Part shown: positions 39,008 to 49,517 of the stretch, piece by piece | Layout of the letters: each line of letters opens with the position of its first letter | Position numbering within the stretch: the first letter of the stretch is position 1 | Source: Fidelibacterota bacterium | Lineage (GTDB): Bacteria > Fidelibacterota > Marinisomatia > Marinisomatales > UBA2128 | Assembly: GCA_046861645.1 (NCBI GenBank) | Contig: JBHHUM010000007.1 | Span: 1 to 54,724, forward strand | Length of the DNA: 54,724 nucleotides | Direction: 5' to 3' | Program-made: the position numbers and the translations under genes | The notes under the pieces: model-generated | Database searches by the model: none | Told to the model about the DNA's origin: nothing | The model's input: only the letters and a program-made list of their open reading frames with translations

Positions 39008-39565
39008 CTATTTTCCGCTTACTTGTTTGATTTGACCTTCCGGAATCACAGGTCGTCCAGGTACAACTGGTATCTTTTCAGAGGAAGAATCACGTCCGGT
39101 AGCAAAAGATTCAGCTGGTGAGAAAGATTCTGGTGATAAATCAACAGCTTTAGAATCCATCTCTCTTGTAAAAAGCGTAGGTGTACTTTCTAATATAGGT
39201 ACATCCTCATTATTACCCGTGAAAAAGCTTATAGATATCACCAGTATAGCAACTACTGCAGCGACAGAAGCCACTGCATATCTGGGACTTAGTCCTAAAC
39301 TCTGAATAGGAGCAATCCGGCGTTTATGGATCAATTGACGAGCTTGCTCTCTTTGGATGCGACTACGCAGACGATCACCGAAATCTGCCGAAACAGCTAC
39401 AGGTGGAACATGTTTCATGGAATCAATAACATTGACAATATCCAAGTAAGTCGTTCGACAAGATTTACACTCTTCAATATGTAGATTGAAACTATTTATA
39501 TCTTTAATTATGAGTTCGTTATCTATGTATTGGGATATAGAATCCCGAAATTTATAGCAATTCAT
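39008..39565 (-). CDS. Zinc-binding (ZAS, zf-HC2) transmembrane anti-sigma factor
   Basis: MNC...HIEECKSC (HxxxCxxC), single TM helix, short tail; directly after the ECF sigma; alternative TTG start at 39574. Confidence 0.85.
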   Translation of the reverse strand: MNCYKFRDSISQYIDNELIIKDINSFNLHIEECKSCRTTYLDIVNVIDSMKHVPPVAVSADFGDRLRSRIQREQARQLIHKRRIAPIQSLGLSPRYAVASVAAVVAILVISISFFTGNNEDVPILESTPTLFTREMDSKAVDLSPESFSPAESFATGRDSSSEKIPVVPGRPVIPEGQIKQVSGK

Positions 39566-39570
39566 CAAAT

Positions 39571-40152
39571 TCAAGTTCTCCTTGTACTTTTAACATGTTT
39601 TAGCTCCTCTTGTAGCTGTAATCTTGCCCGATTGATTCTTGACTTGACAGTTCCGAGAGGAATATCTAGTATATTACTGATTTCTTCATAGGAAAGTTCC
39701 TGAATATCTCGGAGGATAACAGCTGTTCGAAAGTGCAGGGGAAGGCTTAACATCGCCCTTTGAATCTCAGATTCATTGTAACGTCCTTCGATCTCCTTAT
39801 TGGTACGATCATCCACAGGAATATCCCAGTCTTTACCTTCTAACCCCATCATGCTTATTGGCGTCTGTGGACGGCGTTTTCTCTTTCGTAATTCTGTTTT
39901 TGCCAGATTTGATGCAATCGTGTATATCCAAGTGGAAAACTTGGCTATGTTGCGATAGTAATGTTTGTGTGTATAAAGTTTCATAAAAGTATCTTGAACA
40001 ACATCTTCAGCATCACCTCTATCACCAAAGAAGCGATAAGCAAAATTCATCAACCTGTCTTTGTATCGATGAACCAGCTCAATATAGGCATATTCATCGC
40101 CCTCTTGAAAGCGACTGATCAGTTCTTCGTCTGTGTAAGCCTTATCCTTCAT
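39571..40152 (-). CDS. ECF (RpoE/SigW-like) sigma factor
   Basis: DAEDVVQDTF, FSTWIYTIASN, LSYEEIS.IL.IPLGTVKSRINRAR; start taken at ATG 40152. Confidence 0.93.
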   Translation of the reverse strand: MKDKAYTDEELISRFQEGDEYAYIELVHRYKDRLMNFAYRFFGDRGDAEDVVQDTFMKLYTHKHYYRNIAKFSTWIYTIASNLAKTELRKRKRRPQTPISMMGLEGKDWDIPVDDRTNKEIEGRYNESEIQRAMLSLPLHFRTAVILRDIQELSYEEISNILDIPLGTVKSRINRARLQLQEELKHVKSTRRT

Positions 40153-41140
40153 TTCCCTGAATGATCCTGTAGAGGAGAGATATGAGGATTCTATCATCTT
40201 CTGCAACACTATTTTTTATATCCTTATCTGCCTTTAATAGGAGATTAAATATGGCTCTGATTTCTTTCTGGTGATACAATGCCTGGTATTGAGGCATTTT
40301 ATTTCTTACCGAATTGGAGAGCCAAGGTTCCCTTTTATGATAATACTTTTCACTATTTTTTGAAAGATTTCTGTAATTCATTTCTAAGAATAAATTGGTA
40401 AGGTAGCTGATTAATGCAGTCAATTTAGTACCACTTTCCAAAAGATTGATCCCAATTTGATAGGACAACAACAAATTTCTACTTCCAACAGCATCTTGAA
40501 AGTCACCTGGAATATAATTCCTGTTCCATCCTGCGTACTGGTATACTTCCTTTTCACTGATTGTAAAACCCTTATTGACCCCTAAACTTATCTTCTCTAT
40601 TTCATTGGCAGCGTGATATACAGTATCCCCCGCTAGCTCTTGTAAACTCTCAATAGCTGACTCAGTTGCTCTCAAACCTTTTTGTTTAAAGAGGAAGTTA
40701 ATCCACTTACTCATCTTATAATCAGGAGGTGAAGAAGTGAAAATCTTTCCTACTATTTTCTCCAGCTGCACGTTCAGTTTTTTTCTTCTATCAACCTCAT
40801 CAATTATCAAAATTAAAAAATTATCCGATTTAGGAGATCTACAATACGCCAAAAGTTCTCTACGTGAACTATCTCGAAAGACAGAAGGATTTCTAATAAT
40901 ATACAATTTAGGTTCAGGAAATAAAGGTATAGATTGCAAATCTTGTAATATGTCCGCTACATCTCTTACAGACGGAATTAATGATACTTTTGATAATGAA
41001 CCAAATCGAGACTCTAAGGATTTTTCTACTTCTTGAACAAAGTAATTCTGCATATAAAAATCACTTCCATTTAGAAAATAGACTGGCTTCACATCGCCAG
41101 ATTGAATTTCCTTAATCATTTCTCTGTAACCAAACTTCAT
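40142..41140 (-). CDS. holA: DNA polymerase III delta subunit
   Basis: KPVYFLNGSDFY, SIPLF, NEIEKI, LLKADKDIK; size about 332 aa; start at ATG 41140. Confidence 0.85.
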   Translation of the reverse strand: MKFGYREMIKEIQSGDVKPVYFLNGSDFYMQNYFVQEVEKSLESRFGSLSKVSLIPSVRDVADILQDLQSIPLFPEPKLYIIRNPSVFRDSSRRELLAYCRSPKSDNFLILIIDEVDRRKKLNVQLEKIVGKIFTSSPPDYKMSKWINFLFKQKGLRATESAIESLQELAGDTVYHAANEIEKISLGVNKGFTISEKEVYQYAGWNRNYIPGDFQDAVGSRNLLLSYQIGINLLESGTKLTALISYLTNLFLEMNYRNLSKNSEKYYHKREPWLSNSVRNKMPQYQALYHQKEIRAIFNLLLKADKDIKNSVAEDDRILISLLYRIIQGNEG

Positions 41141-41147
41141 TTTCAAA

Positions 41148-42587
41148 TTACTTATTTTCAGGATCCAACAAAGAAACAATGACCACTGCCAACATGGCAA
41201 AGGTAAAACTGACCAATCTTTCTGTGACTATTGACTGAAGAATCTCAATATTTGCCCAAATTACAGTTGTAAAGAATCCCGTAAATATACCCGCAACTAT
41301 TCCGTTTCGTGTGGTTTTATTCCACCATAATGTTAACACCAATGCGGGACCAAACGCTGATCCCAAACCACTCCAAGCATAGCTGACTACTCCAAAAATG
41401 TTTTTCCCTTGCAGGGATGATAACACGGCGAGGATATAAGCAAAAATTCCTAAAATAACAATGGTAATTCTGCTCAAGGTAACCAGTTTTTGAGGAGATA
41501 TTTTTATACCGAGATATTGATGGATAAAATCCTCTGTAACTGCTGAAGTAGTAACCAGTAATTGAGAATCCGCAGTGGACATCATTGCCGCAACTGCACC
41601 AGAAATAAAGAGGCCAGAAACGACCGCAGGTAAAAGATTCTGAGCCAGTAAAGGCATAGCTTGTTCAACATCAACACTGGTAAAATATTCTGCTCCAAAA
41701 TAATTCAATGCCACTAAACCAATTAAGAAAGCGCCCGTAATTCCTGGCAAAGCCCAGAGGATCGCGATGGTTCGTGCCCGCTTGATTTCCGATGGACTTT
41801 TAATAGCCATGTATCTAATTACTAAATGAGGTTGACCTAAGTACCCCAAACCCCAACTCAAACCACCCAAAATAACAGCAAGACCAGCAAAGCCTTCTTT
41901 TCCCATGGTAAATGATGCATTTTCCTGACCAAGCTGCAAAAGACTCTGTGAAATGGAAATATCAGAGTTTTGAATCTCAATAAATCCTGCTATAGGAAGG
42001 ATAACCAACGTGCCAATCATCAATATTCCCTGAAGAAGATCTGTCCAGGCAATAGCAAAAAACCCTCCCATTAATGTATAGCAAATAATAATGGTAGCTC
42101 CAATAGTAATACCAATGATGGGTTCGATGCCAAAAAGAGCTTTTAGTACTTTCCCAGAAGCATGGAATTGAGCAGAAACATAAAAAGAAAAGAAGAACGC
42201 TATGATCAGGGTAGAAAAGAGGCGAATAATATTTGAGTTGTCCTGAAAACGCCTGTGTAAATATTCCGGTATAGTTAATGCGCCATATCTTTCTGATTCT
42301 TCCCTGAGTTTTTCTGCAACCAAATACCAAGATGTAATGATCCCTAATATTATTCCTACGACAGTCCAGGATTCACCTAAACCTACTGAGATCGCCGCAC
42401 CTGGAAGCGCTAAGATTAACCAAGCTGACTCTCCAGATGCTCTTTCTGAGAATGCTGTAACCCATGGACCCAGCTTTCTTCCAGCTAATAAATAATCTTC
42501 TTGTGTCTTATTAAGCTTAAACGTTTTTAAGCCAATGGCAATAAGGAAAACAAGATAGATAACGAATATGATGCCTGTTATATCCAT
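41148..42587 (-). CDS. putP: Sodium:proline (SSS family) symporter
   Basis: DYLLAGRKLGPWV, SAWLILALPG, YTLMGGF..WTD, LGYLGQPH..RYMA, AAMMSTADSQLL, AWSGLGSAFGP. Confidence 0.88.
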   Translation of the reverse strand: MDITGIIFVIYLVFLIAIGLKTFKLNKTQEDYLLAGRKLGPWVTAFSERASGESAWLILALPGAAISVGLGESWTVVGIILGIITSWYLVAEKLREESERYGALTIPEYLHRRFQDNSNIIRLFSTLIIAFFFSFYVSAQFHASGKVLKALFGIEPIIGITIGATIIICYTLMGGFFAIAWTDLLQGILMIGTLVILPIAGFIEIQNSDISISQSLLQLGQENASFTMGKEGFAGLAVILGGLSWGLGYLGQPHLVIRYMAIKSPSEIKRARTIAILWALPGITGAFLIGLVALNYFGAEYFTSVDVEQAMPLLAQNLLPAVVSGLFISGAVAAMMSTADSQLLVTTSAVTEDFIHQYLGIKISPQKLVTLSRITIVILGIFAYILAVLSSLQGKNIFGVVSYAWSGLGSAFGPALVLTLWWNKTTRNGIVAGIFTGFFTTVIWANIEILQSIVTERLVSFTFAMLAVVIVSLLDPENK

Positions 42588-42588
42588 T

Positions 42589-43359
42589 TCAGAGAGAAAT
42601 AAATAGTGTGATCAAACCTATTATCAGACAGTAGAAACCAAAATAGTGGAGCTTCCCTCGTGCAAGGAATGTACGTAGTATCAATAGGGCGACAATCCCA
42701 ACTATAAAAGCGGAAAAGGCGCCTACACTCATAATCAACAAAGACTCATTCATCTCTCCTTGAGTAGATAGATCCACTATCAAGAGAAAACCTGAACCTA
42801 GTATGGCTGGAATTGCAAGAAAAAAAGAATAGTTAAATGCCTTTTGAGCTTCAATACCCATAAGCCTGGCAGAACTTATAGTCATTCCAGAACGGGAGAT
42901 TCCTGAAAAAAGCGCTGCCGCCTGAGCAAATCCAATGATCACGGCTTTAGCACTATTCATTTCCAACTTAATTGAAGTTGCAAAACGCATCAGGAACAGA
43001 AACAGTGCCGTAACAAGAAAACCTACTCCAACTGATGGAAGATAGTCAGATGCTGCAGCTATGGTGTTTTTCATGGATAGGCCTATAATAGCTGCAGGAA
43101 TTGTCCCTATGACCACAAATAAAACCAGGTGTTGATTCTGCTTTGATCCCAGATTATTAAGTATATCCAGTATTTCCCTCCTTAACACAACAAAAATGCT
43201 TAAAAGAGTTCCCAGATGAACAGCGATTTCGTAATTGACGCCCGGTTGGCTCACATCCATAACCTGCTGGGCTATGGCCAAATGACCTGAACTGCTGATT
43301 GGTAAGAATTCAGTAATGCCCTGGAGGATACCTAGTAGTATGCTATCGCCAACAGTCAT
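42589..43359 (-). CDS. uppP: Undecaprenyl-diphosphate phosphatase
   Basis: QGITEFLPISSSGHL, HLGT, GISRSGMT, SFFLAIPA. Confidence 0.95.
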   Translation of the reverse strand: MTVGDSILLGILQGITEFLPISSSGHLAIAQQVMDVSQPGVNYEIAVHLGTLLSIFVVLRREILDILNNLGSKQNQHLVLFVVIGTIPAAIIGLSMKNTIAAASDYLPSVGVGFLVTALFLFLMRFATSIKLEMNSAKAVIIGFAQAAALFSGISRSGMTISSARLMGIEAQKAFNYSFFLAIPAILGSGFLLIVDLSTQGEMNESLLIMSVGAFSAFIVGIVALLILRTFLARGKLHYFGFYCLIIGLITLFISL

Positions 43360-43408
43360 AAGGTCGTGGAATTTATCGGGGGATACGTTTAACCAACAAG
43401 AAGTTAAG

Positions 43409-44113
43409 CTACCTTCGACCTAAGAAACATAATATTCTTCCAGCCTTTTCTCCATCTCGACGGAAAGAGTGAAAATTCTCCTTAGAACAAAAAGTACAGT
43501 GACCATCCTCTTTGACATTATCCTTAGATAAGCCAGAATCAATAAGCGCACTTTTCACAAAACCAGGTAAATCAAGATAAAAATGCTCCTCATTTTCTCT
43601 AGTGAGAAACTTATACGGGAAATAATTGGCCACATCTTTCCTTATTTGATAACAGCAAGAGCCTATTGAAGGGCCTAATACAGCTTCCATTTTTTCGGGT
43701 TTCACTGCTAATTTTTCAACCATGTGATCTATTCCTTCCTTAACGATGCCCTTTACAGCACCACGCCAACCCACATGAAAAAGCCCCTGAACATGACTAT
43801 TTTTAGAATGAATGAATAATGGAACACAGTCGGCAACTTGAATAGTTAATACTATATCTGGATTCGATGTTATTAATCCATCCCCTTCTCCAGCAAATCC
43901 ACTAGCATTAACTATGTTAATAATAGCAGAGTGAATCTGATAACCGTAAGCTGAATTATCAGTAGCAAAGCCAGCTTTTTCAGCCAGGTGAACTCGCTCC
44001 TCTGCAATTGCATTTTTGCCTCTCCCTTGGAAAAAACCTATTACAGCTTTTACCTCATGATCACTAAATAATGGGGAAAGATCAAAAAGCCTGACTCTTT
44101 GAACCGTAATCAA
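43409..44113 (-). CDS. pgeF: PgeF/YfiH purine nucleoside phosphorylase-like protein
   Basis: QIHS, DGLIT, VADCVP, HVGWRG, GPSIGSCCY, SFRRDG..GR. Confidence 0.9.
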   Translation of the reverse strand: MITVQRVRLFDLSPLFSDHEVKAVIGFFQGRGKNAIAEERVHLAEKAGFATDNSAYGYQIHSAIINIVNASGFAGEGDGLITSNPDIVLTIQVADCVPLFIHSKNSHVQGLFHVGWRGAVKGIVKEGIDHMVEKLAVKPEKMEAVLGPSIGSCCYQIRKDVANYFPYKFLTRENEEHFYLDLPGFVKSALIDSGLSKDNVKEDGHCTFCSKENFHSFRRDGEKAGRILCFLGRR

Positions 44114-44119
44114 TTTTTA

Positions 44120-46096
44120 CTACGGTGGAGAAGGTTTAGATAAGGCTAATGTATCGTTGATGATTTCTGCCACAGTGATAAAATTGCCTTGATGATATTG
44201 CAGGACACTACAGGCAGAATTAACATGAGGAGACTGTTTAGCATAAGAATGAATTCTAGTAACCCCTCGGTAAAATTGTGATTTCTCAAAGGCAGTTATT
44301 AAGTCAGCTCTGGTTGGACTATTTCCTAGATTCATCCAAAGAAATTCAATGGTATCATATCCAGCGAGAGCCATCAGGAATTCTCTTCGGGAAGTGAAGT
44401 CATTGGGAGAAAAAGATAACATTTCTTGACTGTTTGCATGCTCCGGTTCTACTAAATTAGAAATAACTATCATCCCCTCTACATTTCCAGAAATAAGGTC
44501 TTCTCTCATTTCGAAAGGATCGTACCAACTACCATTTCCAATAAGTTGAGCTTCCAACAAGTGTGCTGCAAATTGAGAGGCGATAAATTGTATATCCCCT
44601 GTGTGAATGGGCAAATAGACTGCATCGATAGATGATAGGACAATTTTAGTGGAATCGATCTCTTCCTCATCCTCGAATTTTTCTTCTTCTGGGTAGAAAT
44701 CGGTCTCAGCTAAAATAAATGTACTGTCCACAGTATCTAAAACCACACCTTCAAAATGAATTTGAGTATCAGGAACTGCTAATTCAAAAGCTATATCACG
44801 GAGACTCCGTAGTTGAACACCTATATCTAAAGGAATCCCAGTATACCATTCCACAGAAACCACTTCAGCACCTAAAGCATCTGCTTGCTGAAGAAATCCA
44901 TCGGTTAATTCCTTACCAAATTTATCTCTGGGGGCAACCACAGCTACAGTCGTCAGACCCAACTCACCTATGGCATATTCTGCAGCATAGCGACCCTGTT
45001 GAAATAGGCTACTGTTAAGTTGGATGACATGATTACCTACATTAGCAAGACCCGTCCGAGAGGCAGTGGGAAGTAGCAAAGGTATCTTCATATTAGTAGC
45101 CGCAGAAGCGGCCATTATAGCACTGGAAGAAGAGAGTGGACCTAAAATCGCCAGAACGTTAGGATTAGCAGAAAGGGTTTTTATACACTCTATCGTTTTT
45201 AATTCATCACCCTCATTATCAGCTATTTCCAACGCTAAAGTATATGTACTATTACTGCTAAAACGATTAACAGCTTCTTGAATCCCCTTTAGAAAAGCAA
45301 ATCCTTCCGGTGCAGAAGGACCACTAAGGGGGGTTACCACTCCCACTATTGTCATTCGTTGGGATTGCTCATAAGTTTGCTTTCTGAAATTATCATAGAA
45401 GGGATCGTAAAATAGTGGCAAGGATTCCCGGCCCAGGCGGAAGAGAATCAACGCAGTACCATCTGGATCACCATGACGTAGTTGCCCACCTGCCATCATC
45501 AGATTTAATATAGAACGATTCGTGGGATTAGATTCTGTCATCAAGAGGCTCTCAATCTCTTCCTGAGTAAGGAAACCACTTGCTAGTTGCCAAAGCTTTT
45601 CATCTGTCCTTTTCTGCAAAATAGAATCTTTAGTAGTGCTACGAGCAGTAAGCCAGTGTTTTGCTGCAGAGATGTACCAATGTTGTGCTGCTGAAATATC
45701 TCCAAATACTGCAAATACATCATCTTGATAAGTACTACCCGGAAACCTTTCTAGAAAACTTCTACCTACTTTTGCAGCTTGATCATATTTCCCGACCCGA
45801 TAATAAGATTTCATAGTCATTAATAAACTGGCTGAAAGTTGTGGATTCTCTTCAGGTGTATACGAGGATAACCTTCGAAAAGCATCTAACGCACTGTAGT
45901 AACGTCCTGCTTTATAATGTTGAACAGCTCTTTTAAATTGATCCCGGACTGTAACAGTAGTCTGTGCAGAACCATTATTATGGACATACCTCCTACTCCT
46001 TTTTTGGGGAATGGCTTCTTCGTGGAGTATTCCCAGAATCAAGATTAATATTACAAAAAATCTGAGGTGTTTAAGCAACTGGAATAATTGCATCAA
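44120..46096 (-). CDS. TPR + type-1 periplasmic binding fold protein (LpoA/LppC-like)
   Basis: Signal/anchor, BamD-like TPR (FLERFPGSTY), then VGVVTPLSG...ILGPLSS...FGKELTDGF...AGYD; start may be ATG 46093. Confidence 0.72.
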   Translation of the reverse strand: MMQLFQLLKHLRFFVILILILGILHEEAIPQKRSRRYVHNNGSAQTTVTVRDQFKRAVQHYKAGRYYSALDAFRRLSSYTPEENPQLSASLLMTMKSYYRVGKYDQAAKVGRSFLERFPGSTYQDDVFAVFGDISAAQHWYISAAKHWLTARSTTKDSILQKRTDEKLWQLASGFLTQEEIESLLMTESNPTNRSILNLMMAGGQLRHGDPDGTALILFRLGRESLPLFYDPFYDNFRKQTYEQSQRMTIVGVVTPLSGPSAPEGFAFLKGIQEAVNRFSSNSTYTLALEIADNEGDELKTIECIKTLSANPNVLAILGPLSSSSAIMAASAATNMKIPLLLPTASRTGLANVGNHVIQLNSSLFQQGRYAAEYAIGELGLTTVAVVAPRDKFGKELTDGFLQQADALGAEVVSVEWYTGIPLDIGVQLRSLRDIAFELAVPDTQIHFEGVVLDTVDSTFILAETDFYPEEEKFEDEEEIDSTKIVLSSIDAVYLPIHTGDIQFIASQFAAHLLEAQLIGNGSWYDPFEMREDLISGNVEGMIVISNLVEPEHANSQEMLSFSPNDFTSRREFLMALAGYDTIEFLWMNLGNSPTRADLITAFEKSQFYRGVTRIHSYAKQSPHVNSACSVLQYHQGNFITVAEIINDTLALSKPSPP

Positions 46097-46111
46097 AATG
46101 AATATGCTACT

Positions 46112-47950
46112 TTATTCTACGGTTACGCTCTTAGCTAAATTACGCGGCTGATCTACATCACAACCTCGAATGACAGCAATATGATAAGCCAGAAGCTGTA
46201 ACGGAATTGTAGCCAGAATAGGGAAAACTACTCTATGTACTCTTGGAACTTCAATAATATGATCAGCAAGTTCGCTAAGCTCCCTATCAGCTCGATCAGT
46301 AACTGCAATAATTCTTCCCCGGCGGGCTTTTACTTCTTGCATATTAGCCAGCACCTTTTTGTAGGTTTGATCATGGGGAGCAACAAAAACTACTGGCATC
46401 TTTTCATCTATTAAAGCGATGGGACCGTGCTTCATTTCCGCAGCTGGATAACCCTCGGCATGAATGTAGGAAATTTCCTTAAGTTTAAGTGCACCTTCCA
46501 GAGCAGCGGGAAAATTCAAACCTCGGCCAAGGTAGAGAAAATTATTTATTGTGGCGTATTTTTTAGCAATTTCTAACATTTCATTAGAACGATTCAACAA
46601 GCTTTGAACATGTTTACTGATATTAAGTAAAGCCTCTCCAATGCCTTTCGCTTCTATTGCAGAAAGACGTTTCTTGTAACCAAACTGCAGCGCCATGAGC
46701 ATGAAGACAGCAATCTGTGCAGTAAAAGCTTTGGTGGAAGCCACTCCAATCTCAGGTCCAGCATGAGTGTAAATACCACAATCTGTTTCCCGAGCTAACG
46801 TACTGCCTACGACATTGCAGATACCAACCGTCAAAGCACCAGCATCTCTAGCTTTACGAACTGACGCTAACGTATCTGCTGTTTCGCCTGACTGGCTGAC
46901 CGCGATAACTACCGTCCCAGGTAAGATGGTTGCCCTCCGATAGCGAAACTCGGAAGCGTATTCAACTTTGACATTCATACCGGCATATTCCTCAAGCAAA
47001 TAAGCACCAATTAGTCCGGCATGCCAAGATGTCCCACACGCTGTAATATAACACATTTTTGCACTTTCGATGGGAGTTAGAAAATCTGCCAGTCCACCTA
47101 AATGAGCTCGATAACCATCTTTTTTCAGGCGCCCTCGGAGAGTGTCGGTGATGGTATGCGCCTGATCATTTATTTCCTTCAACATATAATGAGGGAAACC
47201 TTCTTTTTCAATTGCTTCGATACTGTACTCAATTCTCTCAATTCTTTTGGTGACTATATGGTTCTCTGCAATTCGCTTAATTTTATGTCCTTTCCGGTTA
47301 ACAATCGCCATATCACCATCATCAAGATAGATAACATTTCGGGTATGTTCTATTATAGGGGTAGCATCGGAGGCAACAAAATATTCAGCATCTCCCACTC
47401 CTAAAACGAGGGGACTCCCCATTCTAGCCAAGATGAGTGTATCAGGGTCATCAGCACATACTACTACGATTCCATAAGCTCCCACGATTTCTATTAATGC
47501 TGCCTGCACTGCATCTTCTATAGAGATTCCACCCCCCTTATAAATATCTCCTATCAGTTGAACCAGTACCTCCGAGTCAGTTTCAGTTCGGAAGCTAGTT
47601 CCATTACTGGAGAGGACTTGCCGGAGAGTGTCATGATTCTCGATAATACCGTTATGTACTAAAGCAATTTTACCTGAATCATCCACATGCGGATGAGCAT
47701 TTATATCATTGGGTTCACCATGTGTAGCCCAGCGAGTATGACCGATACCAATAGTACCTCGAAGCGTCGAATCTTCAACCAAGTTGCACAGCGTGCTGAC
47801 CTTCCCCTTTTTTTTCACTACATTTACAGTTTCACCGTCAAGGGTAGCGACTCCAGCTGAATCGTATCCCCTGTACTCCAATCGACGTAGTCCTTGTAAC
47901 AGGATTGGTATGGAATCCCTTTCACCTAAATAGCCTACGATACCGCACAT
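46112..47950 (-). CDS. glmS: Glutamine-fructose-6-phosphate aminotransferase
   Basis: MCGIVGY, EYRGYDSAG, GHTRWATHG, SQSGETADT, PRNLAKSVTVE. Confidence 0.98.
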   Translation of the reverse strand: MCGIVGYLGERDSIPILLQGLRRLEYRGYDSAGVATLDGETVNVVKKKGKVSTLCNLVEDSTLRGTIGIGHTRWATHGEPNDINAHPHVDDSGKIALVHNGIIENHDTLRQVLSSNGTSFRTETDSEVLVQLIGDIYKGGGISIEDAVQAALIEIVGAYGIVVVCADDPDTLILARMGSPLVLGVGDAEYFVASDATPIIEHTRNVIYLDDGDMAIVNRKGHKIKRIAENHIVTKRIERIEYSIEAIEKEGFPHYMLKEINDQAHTITDTLRGRLKKDGYRAHLGGLADFLTPIESAKMCYITACGTSWHAGLIGAYLLEEYAGMNVKVEYASEFRYRRATILPGTVVIAVSQSGETADTLASVRKARDAGALTVGICNVVGSTLARETDCGIYTHAGPEIGVASTKAFTAQIAVFMLMALQFGYKKRLSAIEAKGIGEALLNISKHVQSLLNRSNEMLEIAKKYATINNFLYLGRGLNFPAALEGALKLKEISYIHAEGYPAAEMKHGPIALIDEKMPVVFVAPHDQTYKKVLANMQEVKARRGRIIAVTDRADRELSELADHIIEVPRVHRVVFPILATIPLQLLAYHIAVIRGCDVDQPRNLAKSVTVE

Positions 47951-47975
47951 ATAGGATCTCCTTTTTGCTCAAGTT

Positions 47976-49517
47976 CTATTCCCACTCGATTGTACTGGGA
48001 GGTTTGGAACTGATATCATATACAACTCGGTTCACTCCTTCGACAGAGTTCACAATTTTATTGGACACATCGGCTAAAACGTTTTGTGGCATTCTAAACC
48101 AGTCAGCCGTCATACCATCATGACTGGTTACTGCCCGGAGAGAGATCAGGTTAGAATAGGTTCTCTGGTCTCCCATGACCCCTACTGTTTTCACGGGAAC
48201 GAGTACAACGAATGCCTGCCAGATGTCGTCATAAATTTCATTATTTTTTAATGCTTGAATGAATATATCGTCCACCTCTCGCAATATTTCCAACCGCTCG
48301 CTGGTAACTTCACCGATTATCCTTACAGCCAATCCCGGACCCGGGAAAGGATGCCTACCTAATATTTCTGCTGGAATCCCCAGTTCCTGTCCTACTTGAC
48401 GAACTTCATCCTTAAAAAGTTCCCTTAAAGGTTCCACCAACTCAAACAGCATCTTCTCCGGTAAACCCCCCACATTATGATGGGACTTGATAACATCTGC
48501 TGTTCCAAGAATACCCCCACTCTCGATCACATCGGGATAAAGAGTTCCCTGGGCCAGGAAATCTGCAGGTGGTCCTGATCTGGCAATATCCTCAAAAGCC
48601 CGGATGAATTGTTCTCCGATAATGAGTCGTTTTTGCTCAGGGTCAGTAATACCACCCAACATTTTAATAAAAATATCAGAGTAGTCATGATATTCTATTT
48701 CCAAACCTAGTCCGGTCTGGAGTGTCCCCAAAATATATTGTTCTTCGTTTTTCCTGAGTAGTCCATGGTCAATGAATACTGATCTGAGTTGATCACCAAT
48801 CGCTTTGTGAATAAGCTTCGCCACCACCGCAGAATCCACACCACCACTAACCCCACACAACACCTGCCTATCGCCCACCTGTTGGCGGATGATCGCCACC
48901 GCATCAGCGACAAATGAAGTTGGTTTCCAATCTCCTGAGCAATGAGCTACAGAGAAAAGGAAATTAGCTAATATTCTCTTTCCTTCCTCAGTTTGTACTA
49001 CTTCAGGATGAAATTGCGTACCGAAAAGAGGTCGATACTGGTGTTCTACCATAGCTACCTTTCCGTTAGAAGATTGAGCCGAGATATTCCACTCCTCAGG
49101 TACATTTTCTACCTCGTCGCCATGACTCATCCACACCTGTGAGTTTACAGGTACATGAGCTAACAGCCGGCTTTCTGGCTTATGAACAATCTTGGCAAAG
49201 CCATATTCTCCTTCACTATTGGAATGAACTTTTCCCCCAAAATGATTCATCATAAGTTGTAACCCATAACAGATACCCAATATGGGAACATCTAAATCCA
49301 AAATTTCCTCATCAAACTCGGGAGTATCCTTTTCATAAACACTAGAAGGTCCACCCGAGAGAATAATCGCTACTGGTTCCGCTAACGCCAATTCCCTTCT
49401 GGTAATAGCGTGATGAACAATCTGAGAAAATACATTTTGTTCACGGACTCTCCGGGCTATTAATTGAGTATATTGTGAGCCAAAATCAAGTATAAAAACT
49501 GTTTCTCTAACTGCCAC
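47976..49517 (-). CDS. guaA: GMP synthase (glutamine-hydrolysing)
   Basis: LDFGSQYTQLIARR, GICYG, QFHPEV, SGGVDS, IKSHHNVGG, SKPPSTIEWE. Confidence 0.98.
   Translation of the reverse strand: MAVRETVFILDFGSQYTQLIARRVREQNVFSQIVHHAITRRELALAEPVAIILSGGPSSVYEKDTPEFDEEILDLDVPILGICYGLQLMMNHFGGKVHSNSEGEYGFAKIVHKPESRLLAHVPVNSQVWMSHGDEVENVPEEWNISAQSSNGKVAMVEHQYRPLFGTQFHPEVVQTEEGKRILANFLFSVAHCSGDWKPTSFVADAVAIIRQQVGDRQVLCGVSGGVDSAVVAKLIHKAIGDQLRSVFIDHGLLRKNEEQYILGTLQTGLGLEIEYHDYSDIFIKMLGGITDPEQKRLIIGEQFIRAFEDIARSGPPADFLAQGTLYPDVIESGGILGTADVIKSHHNVGGLPEKMLFELVEPLRELFKDEVRQVGQELGIPAEILGRHPFPGPGLAVRIIGEVTSERLEILREVDDIFIQALKNNEIYDDIWQAFVVLVPVKTVGVMGDQRTYSNLISLRAVTSHDGMTADWFRMPQNVLADVSNKIVNSVEGVNRVVYDISSKPPSTIEWE

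Noticed and set aside
47951..47975. glmS ribozyme
   Set aside because: Only 25 nt separate guaA and glmS; no room or motif.
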